From an uncultured Pseudomonadota bacterium (GTDB lineage: Bacteria > Pseudomonadota > Alphaproteobacteria > RF32 > CAG-239): a DNA stretch of 64,000 nt. Positions 49,496-57,387 of this stretch are shown piece after piece. The first letter of the stretch is position 1. Each line of letters starts with the position of its first letter. The stretch lies in NCBI GenBank assembly GCA_902788365.1, contig CADAJN010000005.1:6475-70474 (forward strand). The letters run 5' to 3'. Below the pieces are notes generated by a model. It did not search any database. It had not been told where the DNA came from and worked only from the letters and a program-made list of their open reading frames with translations. Position numbers and translations under genes: made by a program.

Positions 49496-50344
49496 ATGAA
49501 AAAAATACTTTTACTTGCTTTATCTTTACCAATGTTGATTTGCGGACGCTTTTATTATGATCCGAACGGATTCGTTAACGATATAAGCAATACCAGCGAT
49601 TCCATTGCAGCCAAAATGCACACTTTGGTAGAACGTAATCATGAAAATTATTGGCTCAATAACTTGCGCACATTCAAAACATACCCGATTAACTGGTATG
49701 GCGGCAATCATGTTAATTTAAGCGAGGCCAATGCCCAAGTGCAAACACGCCTAACCCATGAATATCCGCGTAACGTACCGATTTCGGCCGATGTTGGTCA
49801 GCGCATGGTTGATTTAGAAACCTATAATGTGCAAATTTCCAATGTCGGCGAACATTATGAACCGTCTGCCACCGGCGAAATAACTAACGGTCACGGCTCA
49901 ATTTATTTTGCTAAAGGACAGGTCTTAAACCCTATTGGTGATGTCAATATTAACGGTCAGGGATTTCTGGTTTTTGAACCGGAACGTGACGGTCGCATGA
50001 TACTAATTGATCAAAACGGTCAAGTTATGCATAACATCGCCTTATATCACCGTGGCGAATTGCTTATTTCCGAAGATGTTACCACAGTCATACCGAAAGA
50101 TTTGCGTCTTTTAAAAACAACCGACGTCAAACATGCCGAATCTGCCCCGCAAATTAAGTATGAAATCAAATATAACGGCTTCGTTGATGATAATATGGAA
50201 TTCATTTATGTTGATTATGCCGCCGGTCGTATCAGCAAAATTTTTGCATTTCCGAAACATCAGCACATAATTAACGTTAACGGTATTCACATGAAAGTGC
50301 TGAATGCCACGGAAAATAACATTGAATATATTTTACTCAACTAA
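49496..50344 (+). CDS. Hypothetical secreted protein (282 aa)
   Basis: Signal peptide MKKILLLALSLPMLICG. I recognise no domain. Confidence 0.55.
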   Translation: MKKILLLALSLPMLICGRFYYDPNGFVNDISNTSDSIAAKMHTLVERNHENYWLNNLRTFKTYPINWYGGNHVNLSEANAQVQTRLTHEYPRNVPISADVGQRMVDLETYNVQISNVGEHYEPSATGEITNGHGSIYFAKGQVLNPIGDVNINGQGFLVFEPERDGRMILIDQNGQVMHNIALYHRGELLISEDVTTVIPKDLRLLKTTDVKHAESAPQIKYEIKYNGFVDDNMEFIYVDYAAGRISKIFAFPKHQHIINVNGIHMKVLNATENNIEYILLN

Positions 50345-50441
50345 ACTATAGACGATATTGTCCGATTAAATCGGATAATTTCGGCAACAGTTTTTACAAA
50401 TTAACATCATTATTATAAGCAATATTATAAAATTATAATGC

Positions 50442-50480
50442 AAAATCCGCCGAACATTAAAGTCCAGCGGATTTTATTTT
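50442..50480. terminator. Candidate bidirectional terminator
   Basis: AAAATCCGC-16 nt-GCGGATTTT followed by a T-rich run, located between convergent genes. Confidence 0.45.
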
Positions 50481-50489
50481 ATCGCGGCG

Positions 50490-50900
50490 CTACCACATCC
50501 AATAACAGAATCGTCTAATGGTGCCCCAAATCACCAACACAATAAACCAAGCCACATCTATAAGCCATAGATACACCCAGGCTAAAAAGAAAAACAGTGC
50601 CATAGCTACGGCGCCTAAAATGCGCGGATTTGTATCGGCAGTATATACATGTAAGCCTTGGTAAATAAATGTTATTTCGCAGAGAACTGTCGCAACCAAT
50701 ACAATGCGACAAAAACGCTGCATCCATAGCTTTTGTGGCGCAAATGAAAAACTGAACCTAAAATATCGGTCCGTTCCCCAAAGCAAACGTAACACGGCAA
50801 TAAACGTCAACGCATAAAAGGCCGCCACATTGGTGTGCAAAATCAAACTGGCCAAACGGCAATAATGCCCAGCCAAATCCCATATTCCCGTCATAGGCAA
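50490..50900 (-). CDS. Hypothetical 4-TM membrane protein (136 aa)
   Basis: Four hydrophobic segments. I recognise no homology. Confidence 0.5.
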   Translation of the reverse strand: MPMTGIWDLAGHYCRLASLILHTNVAAFYALTFIAVLRLLWGTDRYFRFSFSFAPQKLWMQRFCRIVLVATVLCEITFIYQGLHVYTADTNPRILGAVAMALFFFLAWVYLWLIDVAWFIVLVIWGTIRRFCYWMW

Positions 50901-50970
50901 AATGTTAACCGCTGTCCTGTGGCAACGGGTTTTAATAAATACTTATTTAAATGATAATCAAACTGTGTCT

Positions 50971-50998
50971 AATATAGCAAAATTTGACAAAAAGTCAA
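50971..50998 (-). promoter_or_regulatory. Candidate promoter of the 4-TM protein gene
   Basis: On the minus strand it reads TTGACT-N16-TATATT. Confidence 0.35.
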
Positions 50999-51027
50999 TA
51001 CAATTTTGACTACCTTTACAAGATTTA

Positions 51028-51855
51028 TTAAAACGCTTTACGCATAAACTTAATTTCCGTGGCATAACCTTGTAAATCGTTCGGTGTTTCCAAAATAATC
51101 GGCAAATGGAGCACCGCATCATGGTGCACAAACCGCACCAAAGCTTCGGCTCCGATCTCTCCTGCGCCGATTTTGGCATGCCGATCTTTGTGCGAGCCAA
51201 ACGGCATTAGACTATCGTTTAAGTGAATGGCTTTGAGCCGCGTCAGCCCGATGATTTTATCAAATTGTGTCATCACTCCGTCCAAATTACCGGCAATATC
51301 GTATCCGGCCGCAAATACATGACATGTATCCAAACAAACGCCAATTTTATCTTGGCAATTCACTCCGGCAATAATCTGCGCCAACTCTTCAAACGTGGCG
51401 CCGACTTCCGAACCTTTGCCAGACATTGTTTCCAATAAAACCGTAGTCGTTTGCGTTGGTTGCAACAAACGATTCAACAAATCAATAATCATGCCAATTC
51501 CGACATCAACTCCTTGCCCCACATGCGATCCGGGATGAAAATTATAGTAATTATGCGGCACAAATTCCATACGCTTTAAATCATCGGCAAATACCATTTC
51601 GGCAAATTCGCGCGTTTGCGGATTATCGGAACACGGATTGAGTGTATATGGTGCATGCGCCACAATCTTGGCAAACCCGTTTTGCGCCGCAAATTGATTA
51701 TATTTTTGCACATCGTTCGCATCTATATCTTTGGCTTTACCGCCCTGCGGATTGCGTGTAAAAAACTGGAATGTATCGGCACCGATAGACTTTGCCTCAA
51801 TGCCGATATGTTCAAACCCCTTAGAAATGGAAAGATGACACCCGATATGCAACAT
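51028..51855 (-). CDS. nfo: Endonuclease IV
   Basis: [13 protein letters not shown]..., [17 protein letters not shown] and HLNDS motifs. The start at 51855 has an AAGGAG RBS; the track start at 51912 is unlikely. Confidence 0.9.
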   Translation of the reverse strand: MLHIGCHLSISKGFEHIGIEAKSIGADTFQFFTRNPQGGKAKDIDANDVQKYNQFAAQNGFAKIVAHAPYTLNPCSDNPQTREFAEMVFADDLKRMEFVPHNYYNFHPGSHVGQGVDVGIGMIIDLLNRLLQPTQTTTVLLETMSGKGSEVGATFEELAQIIAGVNCQDKIGVCLDTCHVFAAGYDIAGNLDGVMTQFDKIIGLTRLKAIHLNDSLMPFGSHKDRHAKIGAGEIGAEALVRFVHHDAVLHLPIILETPNDLQGYATEIKFMRKAF

Positions 51856-51935
51856 AATGTTCTCCTTTAACAAAATTGCCTTTAATTTACGCATTAAAAT
51901 TGCCCGACGCAAGTATTATTTATAGATGAAACATC

Positions 51936-51963
51936 TTGACAACGCAAAACTTTATCTTACAAT
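51936..51963 (+). promoter_or_regulatory. Candidate promoter of the tandem-repeat protein gene
   Basis: TTGACA-N16-TACAAT. Confidence 0.4.
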
Positions 51964-52092
51964 ATATCTTATAAGGAGAAGTTTATAGAGAATATATACA
52001 AATAGTCATACTCACACTTAATGCGAGTATCTCGGCATATTAAATATCTTCTTTCACTGAAGAAACATTGATTTTTATAAGGAGAAGTCATT

Positions 52093-52524
52093 ATGAAAAA
52101 AATCATTTTAGCAGCACTGGCAACTTTATTTTTTATAACCTCCGCTCACGCCGGTAATATTCGTTATGGCTATAATGCCAACGGCGATTATGTGCCGGTA
52201 GAAATCAATGGTCAACGCGTGGAATATGGTTATAATGCCAACGGTGATTACGCCCCGAGTGCCATCGGCGGTCAACGCGTGGAATATGGCTATAACTCCA
52301 ACGGTGATTATGCACCGAGCGCTATCGGCGGCAAACGTATTGAATACGGCTATAACTCCAACGGTGATTATGCACCGCGCGCCATCGGCGGTCAACGCAT
52401 TGAATACGGCTATAATTCCAACGGTGATTATGCACCGAGCGCCATCGGCGGCCAACGTATCGGTTACGGTTATAACGCCAACGGCGATTATGTACCAACC
52501 AATATCGGCGGCTACGGCTACTAA
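52093..52524 (+). CDS. Secreted tandem-repeat protein (143 aa; 6 x 20-aa YGYNxNGDYxPxAIGGQRxE)
   Basis: AGGAG RBS and Sec signal peptide MKKIILAALATLFFITSAHA, followed by six near-identical 20-aa units. Confidence 0.7.
   Translation: MKKIILAALATLFFITSAHAGNIRYGYNANGDYVPVEINGQRVEYGYNANGDYAPSAIGGQRVEYGYNSNGDYAPSAIGGKRIEYGYNSNGDYAPRAIGGQRIEYGYNSNGDYAPSAIGGQRIGYGYNANGDYVPTNIGGYGY
52165..52521 (+). repeat. Tandem 60-nt coding repeat, about 6 copies
   Basis: TA(T/C)GG(C/T)TATAA(T/C)(G/T)CCAACGG(C/T)GATTA... recurs every 60 nt. It keeps several frames on both strands open. Confidence 0.9.
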
Positions 52525-52564
52525 AATTTCGCTTTTTCTGGATAAGCAGAATACTCTGATGCTT

Positions 52565-52598
52565 GCACAGTGCAACTTTACTTGCCTGTGCTTTTTTT
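52565..52598 (+). terminator. Rho-independent terminator of the repeat-protein gene
   Basis: GCACAG-15 nt-CTGTGC followed by a T7 run. Confidence 0.6.
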
Positions 52599-52770
52599 AA
52601 AACTGTCATTACCCGACAGACTTCGTGCTGCTTACGCAGTGGATCGGGCACTGTAAAACAGCGCCGTAGGCTCTATCTCAGCTATATTAAAAATCTCGGA
52701 TAATGAGGCATTTTTAAACTGTCATCCTATGGCAAGCGTAGCGCGACCATAGGATCTCGGCTATATTAAA
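52599..52770. repeat. Nested short palindromic repeats (two AAACTGTCAT-type units plus a 5' stub of the TIR element)
   Basis: Units at 52599-52693 and 52716-52770 both begin AAACTGTCAT and end CTC(A/G)GCTATATTAAAAA. The stub AAAATCTCGGATAATGAG lies at 52690-52707. Confidence 0.75.
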
Positions 52771-52873
52771 AACCTCGGATAGCGTGTGTGATTACGCAGT
52801 GAATTTGGAGCGTGGTGTAGATAAAGCTACACGAGCGAGAAATTTACAAGTCAGAACCAGCTAACCGAGGTTT
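52770..52873. repeat. ~104-nt TIR element, full copy 3 (overlaps the uvrB 3' end)
   Basis: AAACCTCGGATAGCGTG...CAGCTAACCGAGGTTT. The uvrB stop codon (52861-52863) lies inside it. Confidence 0.85.
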
Positions 52874-54852
52874 TTGAGGGCTAATGCCTCTAACTCTCGC
52901 AACTGATCACGATACACCATGGCCTGCTCAAATTCCAAGTTCTGCGCAGCTTCTTTCATCAGTTTGTTCAGCTCTTTAATTTTCTTATCTATGTTTTTAA
53001 CCTTCTCTGCATCTTGCGCATCGTCTTTAACAAAGTCGGTTTCGGTCATAGCCTTTAAAGTTGAAGAAATGCTCTTTTTAATGGTTTGCGGTGTAATACC
53101 GTGCGCAATATTATATTCGGTCTGCTTATGGCGACGCCGATTGGTTTCATCAAGCGCCACTTTTATGGAATCGGTTATTTTATCGGCATACAAAATCACG
53201 CGTCCTTCGGCATTACGCGCCGCTCGCCCGATTGTTTGTATCAGCGAGCGCGTAGAGCGTAAAAATCCCTCTTTATCGGCATCTAAAATCGCTACCAACG
53301 AGCATTCCGGAATATCCAAACCTTCGCGCAACAGGTTAATTCCGACCAAAACATCAAACTTGCCCAGCCGCAAATCGCGCACAATTTCAATACGCTCCAA
53401 CGTGTCTATATCCGAGTGCATATAACGCACTTTGATGCCGTTATCCTTAAAGTATTCCGTCAAATCTTCGGCCATTTTTTTGGTTAAAGTCGTTACCAAC
53501 ACACGTTCGCCTTTCGCGGCGGTCTTGCGACATTCTTCCATCAAATCGTCAATCTGATTTTCCACCGGCCGCACAATGCACAGCGGGTCGGTCAAACCGG
53601 TCGGGCGAATAACCTGCTCCGAAAACACGCCTTTACTCTGTTCCATCTCCCACGGCCCCGGTGTGGCCGAAACAAAAATCGTTTGCGGCCGCATGGCATC
53701 CCATTCTTCAAATTTGAGCGGCCGATTATCCAAGCACGACGGCAAGCGAAAGCCATATTCCGACAACGTGGTTTTACGGTTACGGTCTCCGCGATACATG
53801 GCACCGATTTGCGGCACAGCGATATGACTTTCATCAATAAATAACAGTGCATTTTTCGGAAAATACTCAAACAGTGTCGGCGGCGGTTCTCCCGGCGCAC
53901 GTCCGGTCAAATAGCGCGAATAGTTTTCAATGCCTTTGCAGTGACCGGTGGTGTCCATCATCTCCAAATCAAAGCGCGTGCGTTGTTCCAAACGTTGCGC
54001 CTCCAACAGCTTATTTGCGGCATTAAATTCTTTAAGGCGAATATCCAAATCTTCCTTAATATGCGTCATAGCCTGTGATAGCGCCGGCCGCGGCGTCACA
54101 TAGTGATTGGCCGGATACACGATAATATCTTCCAACTGGCGTGTTTTTTTACCGGTCAGCGAGTCAAATTCATAAATTTCCTCAATTTCATCACCGAAAA
54201 AGCACACCCGCCAAGCACGGTCTTCGTAGTGCGCCGGAAAAATATCCAGCGTGTCGCCGTTCATCCGAAACGTAGAGCGCACAAAATTAACCGAACAACG
54301 CTCATATAATAGATCTGTCAAATGCCGACAAACATCGTGCATATCCACCACATCGCCCACTTTAAGCGGAAACACCATGGACGAATACGACTCCATACTG
54401 CCAAGGCCGTAAATGCACGAAACCGAAGCCACAATAATCACGTCGCGTTCTTCCAAAACATTACGCGTTGCCCCGTGGCGCATACGGTCTATCTGCTCGT
54501 TAATGGCCGAATCTTTTTCTATATATGTATCGGTTTTCGGAATGTATGCTTCCGGCTGATAATAATCATAATACGACACAAAATATTCCACATTATTATG
54601 CGGAAAAAACTCTTTCATTTCGGCATAAAGTTGCGCCGCCAAAATTTTGTTCGGCTCCATAATCAGCGCCGGCCGCTGACATTGTTCAATAATTTTTGCC
54701 ATCGTATAAGTTTTGCCCGAACCGGTTACGCCGAGCAACACCTGATTGCGCTCGCCGCGTTCCACCCCTTCGCACAGCTCTCTAATGGCCTGCGGCTGAT
54801 CGCCCGAAGGCTCAAACGGGCTTTCTATTTTGAACTTATTTTCGTGCATCAA
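52861..54852 (-). CDS. uvrB: Excinuclease ABC subunit B
   Basis: 663 aa with [12 protein letters not shown], a beta-hairpin region and a C-terminal UVR domain ([15 protein letters not shown]). Confidence 0.95.
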   Translation of the reverse strand: MMHENKFKIESPFEPSGDQPQAIRELCEGVERGERNQVLLGVTGSGKTYTMAKIIEQCQRPALIMEPNKILAAQLYAEMKEFFPHNNVEYFVSYYDYYQPEAYIPKTDTYIEKDSAINEQIDRMRHGATRNVLEERDVIIVASVSCIYGLGSMESYSSMVFPLKVGDVVDMHDVCRHLTDLLYERCSVNFVRSTFRMNGDTLDIFPAHYEDRAWRVCFFGDEIEEIYEFDSLTGKKTRQLEDIIVYPANHYVTPRPALSQAMTHIKEDLDIRLKEFNAANKLLEAQRLEQRTRFDLEMMDTTGHCKGIENYSRYLTGRAPGEPPPTLFEYFPKNALLFIDESHIAVPQIGAMYRGDRNRKTTLSEYGFRLPSCLDNRPLKFEEWDAMRPQTIFVSATPGPWEMEQSKGVFSEQVIRPTGLTDPLCIVRPVENQIDDLMEECRKTAAKGERVLVTTLTKKMAEDLTEYFKDNGIKVRYMHSDIDTLERIEIVRDLRLGKFDVLVGINLLREGLDIPECSLVAILDADKEGFLRSTRSLIQTIGRAARNAEGRVILYADKITDSIKVALDETNRRRHKQTEYNIAHGITPQTIKKSISSTLKAMTETDFVKDDAQDAEKVKNIDKKIKELNKLMKEAAQNLEFEQAMVYRDQLRELEALALKNLG

Positions 54853-54873
54853 ACGTTCTCCGGCGCCGACCGA

Positions 54874-55248
54874 TTATGCTTCCGTTGACCACAAACCATG
54901 CAAATTGCAATATTCATAAACCTTGATTTTACCGGCATTATCGCCAATTTCAAAGGTTGCTTCCGGCGCCTCATTCGGGTGCAAATGTTTGAGTTGCCAA
55001 ATGCCTGCCGCCTCCACGGCAATCCACTCAATGTAGTGTTCCGCAATCATCGGGTGTGTCACACTGCCGATATGCACATAAACGCTGTTATCTTCGCGCG
55101 TTACTGCCGGCACATGCTTTTCCTGTGCGGCATCCACCGTATTTTCGTTAATTTTCTGCATCTGAGTGCCGCAACATACCGGCATCACACCCGATTGGTG
55201 GCAAAAGACAATGATATTACCGCAGTGCGGGCATCTGTAAAATTCCAT
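54874..55248 (-). CDS. dfx: Desulfoferrodoxin (superoxide reductase)
   Basis: N-terminal desulforedoxin-like C-x2-C...CC (FYRCPHCGNII...PVCCG) and a C-terminal EKHVP...H...C-x2-H centre. The start at 55248 has an AAGGAG RBS. Confidence 0.85.
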   Translation of the reverse strand: MEFYRCPHCGNIIVFCHQSGVMPVCCGTQMQKINENTVDAAQEKHVPAVTREDNSVYVHIGSVTHPMIAEHYIEWIAVEAAGIWQLKHLHPNEAPEATFEIGDNAGKIKVYEYCNLHGLWSTEA

Positions 55249-55356
55249 AGTCAACTCCTTTTCTGTTATGTTGTCATTAAGGCTATAATAAGTCATTTTT
55301 GCCTGATTTCAACGGAAATTTTTTTATAATACGCCATTGTTCTTCCTTTTCTCCTC

Positions 55357-55645
55357 GTCATGCAGAGGAGCGTAGCGACGAAGGCATCTCCGCACTTTCT
55401 CTTTCCTTGTCATGCAGAGGAGCCTTGAAAAAGGCGACGAAGGCATCCCCGCACAAAGTGCGGCAAAAATAATGTCATCGCTCGTTCAGCAACATCATGA
55501 AGCGCGCTAGCGCCCAACAATGTCATCGCTCATTCGGCGCAAAGCATTATCCCTGCGCTTTTTGCCCTATAATGTCATCGCTCATTCGGCGTAAGTCCGA
55601 ATGATAAGCGATCTTCCATTTCTGTCACTCCCCGCAAGCGGGGAG
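55357..55645. repeat. Cluster of GTCAT-type palindromic repeats
   Basis: Two GTCATGCAGAGGAGC...GACGAAGGCATC(T/C)CCGCAC units (55357, 55409), three AATGTCATCGCTC(G/A)TTC units (55471, 55519, 55571) and the hairpin CTCCCCGC-aa-GCGGGGAG (55628-55645). Confidence 0.85.
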
Positions 55646-55704
55646 CCGGAGGGGCTAATCTATCCATATCATCCTGAAGCGCCTTTTCTTTCCTCCAGCC
55701 CATT

Positions 55705-55729
55705 GGGAGTTCGAGTCATCTGCGGCACA
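55705..55729 (+). other. tRNA-Thr 3'-end-like fragment, inverted relative to the tRNA gene
   Basis: GGGAGTTCGAGTCatCTGCGGCACA compared with the tRNA 3' end GGGAGTTCGAGTCtctCTGCCGGCACCA. Confidence 0.6.
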
Positions 55730-55757
55730 AAAAAACACTCCCGAAGGAGTGTTTTTT
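55728..55757. terminator. Bidirectional rho-independent terminator downstream of tRNA-Thr
   Basis: A8-ACACTCC-cgaa-GGAGTGT-T6. Confidence 0.7.
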
Positions 55758-55761
55758 CTAT

Positions 55762-55837
55762 TGGTGCCGGCAGAGAGACTCGAACTCCCGACCCACTGAT
55801 TACAAATCAGTTGCTCTACCAACTGAGCTATGCCGGC
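55762..55837 (-). tRNA. tRNA-Thr (anticodon UGU), CCA encoded
   Basis: The reverse complement is GCCGGCATAGCTCAGTTGGTAGAGCAACTGATTTGTAATCAGTGGGTCGGGAGTTCGAGTCTCTCTGCCGGCACCA. It folds as a cloverleaf with a 7-bp acceptor stem, anticodon loop TT-TGT-AA and a GTTCGAGTC T-arm. Confidence 0.92.
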
Positions 55838-55845
55838 GTTTTCTT

Positions 55846-55886
55846 AAACTGTCATTACACGGCTTGACCGTGTAATCTCAGCTAAA
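55846..55886. repeat. AAACTGTCAT-type palindromic unit between the tRNA promoter and tRNA-Thr
   Basis: AAACTGTCAT-TACACGG-cttga-CCGTGTA-ATCTCAGCTA. It has the same architecture as the units at 52716 and 57481. Confidence 0.75.
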
Positions 55887-55897
55887 TTTCGCTAATC

Positions 55898-55926
55898 TAT
55901 ATACCCAATGTTTTGCCGCTTGTCAA
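55898..55926 (-). promoter_or_regulatory. Candidate promoter of tRNA-Thr
   Basis: On the minus strand it reads TTGACA(AGCGG)-N17-TATATA. Confidence 0.5.
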
Positions 55927-56034
55927 TATGATTTTTCACTGTGCGGTGCAAAAAATGCGCGCCACACACAAAAAATCCCCTCGGCACACTCTTCACAGAG
56001 CGCACTAAGGGGATATTTTTAGTTATGAAACAGC

Positions 56035-56796
56035 TTACTTGAAGATATTAATAATCTCCTTCGCACCGCGAATAACCATAGCCGTTGTCATAGCACCAGC
56101 CATTACGTTAGAAGCAATCTTCTGCCATTTGCTAGCACCGGGAGTGTTGGCAAGCATCATCGCTGTATTACCACCAAAACGGTGGAGAGTATATTTCTCT
56201 ATGCAACGGTCTGTGCCCGTTACATTAATAAGCTCTGAATAGCGCACCTGCGGATAGTTGTAAGATCCATTGTAATATACATTAAAGCAGATGTAGTCAC
56301 CCTGATAAACGGGGATTGCAACGTTGATATAACCTGTCATGGTAAAGGTCATAATTGTCCCACACCAATCAGATAATTCAACCTGCAAAGTTGTTGTTCC
56401 ATCTCCCTCTATGTAATTATGAAGCACCTTACCACACAACACCTGCGAAGAGGTGTTTGCATCAAGCGTAGCCTGCAACTGCTGCTGAACGTCGTTCTGC
56501 GGAGCTGAATAGCTGTAGCTCTGAGCAGCAGGAGCAGCAGCGGCGCGGCGTGCAGGGCGAGCGGTCGAGCTGTTGCGACGAGCCGAAGCTGCGCTAAGCT
56601 GATTCACGCTTACTGAACGGGTTGAACGGCGTGCAGTCGTGGTCTTAGTTGCCGGAGCAGCTTTAACCGTTTCAACACTCCAATCAAAGTTCAATCCTGC
56701 CAGCTCTTCTGCATCTGCCTTACTGAAACTCTGTGCATTAGCCACCATTGACATCATAACTGTAAAGATGAACATAACGAGATTTCTCTTTGTCAT
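56035..56796 (-). CDS. Hypothetical secreted protein (253 aa) with atypical codon usage
   Basis: Signal peptide MTKRNLVMFIFTVMMSMVANAQ from the ATG at 56796, followed by an A/R/S/T-rich linker. Its GGT/GCT/CAG/AAG codon preference contrasts with the neighbouring genes. Confidence 0.6.
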   Translation of the reverse strand: MTKRNLVMFIFTVMMSMVANAQSFSKADAEELAGLNFDWSVETVKAAPATKTTTARRSTRSVSVNQLSAASARRNSSTARPARRAAAAPAAQSYSYSAPQNDVQQQLQATLDANTSSQVLCGKVLHNYIEGDGTTTLQVELSDWCGTIMTFTMTGYINVAIPVYQGDYICFNVYYNGSYNYPQVRYSELINVTGTDRCIEKYTLHRFGGNTAMMLANTPGASKWQKIASNVMAGAMTTAMVIRGAKEIINIFK

Positions 56797-57387
56797 AGTC
56801 CATATGATTTTATAAAGTTGCCATGTAAATTTAAGTTTTCCATATCTGTTTTTCTTTTCAATAAATTTCAATTCTGTGCGGTCTACCCATCTCGTTAATC
56901 ATGAAAATATCCGTAGATAAATTCAAGGGGCCGGAGTGTTCAGTCTATTATTTCAAGACCCCCGTAAACACAGAAAATTCATTCAATCCAATCAAACATC
57001 AATTTCAAACTATAAACCACATGTTGTTTGCAACTTTTTGATTAATACTCTAATTTATTAAATAAGGCGCCATCAATTTTGCAATCAATTTTACCTCAAA
57101 ATAAAAAACTAAAGTTTAACATCAATATTTTATCAAAGCTGTAACTCTAACAAAATACTAATGCTAATCTTTATATCCTCCTAACAAAATAAAAAAAATT
57201 ATTCTGAAAGAAAGATATAAAAAACAAAGGTTTTTATATAAATCTCAAACAGAATAATTTTTTTAGCTAACCTAAGTATAGCTGATTTTTTTGCAATTTT
57301 CAATAGGAAAAATACAATTTTTAGACAATTTTGTCATTTTTTTAGTTTTACAATAAAAGCAATGCCATCCTCGCAATCTTTTAAACT

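Noticed and set aside
50958-51200. An 80-aa ORF overlapping the 3' end of nfo in another frame.
   Set aside because: It overlaps a confident gene and the candidate promoter region of the 4-TM protein gene, and nothing supports it.
52126-52651. Long ORFs on both strands across the tandem-repeat gene (52126..52575 -, 52208..52600 +, 52322..52651 -).
   Set aside because: They are artefacts of a 60-nt period that keeps several frames open. Only the frame at 52093..52524 has an RBS, a signal peptide and a terminator.
55469-55595. Three AATGTCATCGCTC(G/A)TTC direct repeats spaced 48-52 nt apart, which look like a mini CRISPR array.
   Set aside because: There are only three copies and no cas genes in the window. 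The same motif is dispersed singly elsewhere (57449, 60613) and embedded in palindromic units. The intervening 'spacers' are themselves repeat-derived. I treat them as dispersed palindromic repeats.
55601-55867. An 88-aa ORF spanning the repeat cluster and tRNA-Thr.
   Set aside because: It overlaps the tRNA gene and its terminator, and it is composed of repeat and tRNA-antisense sequence.
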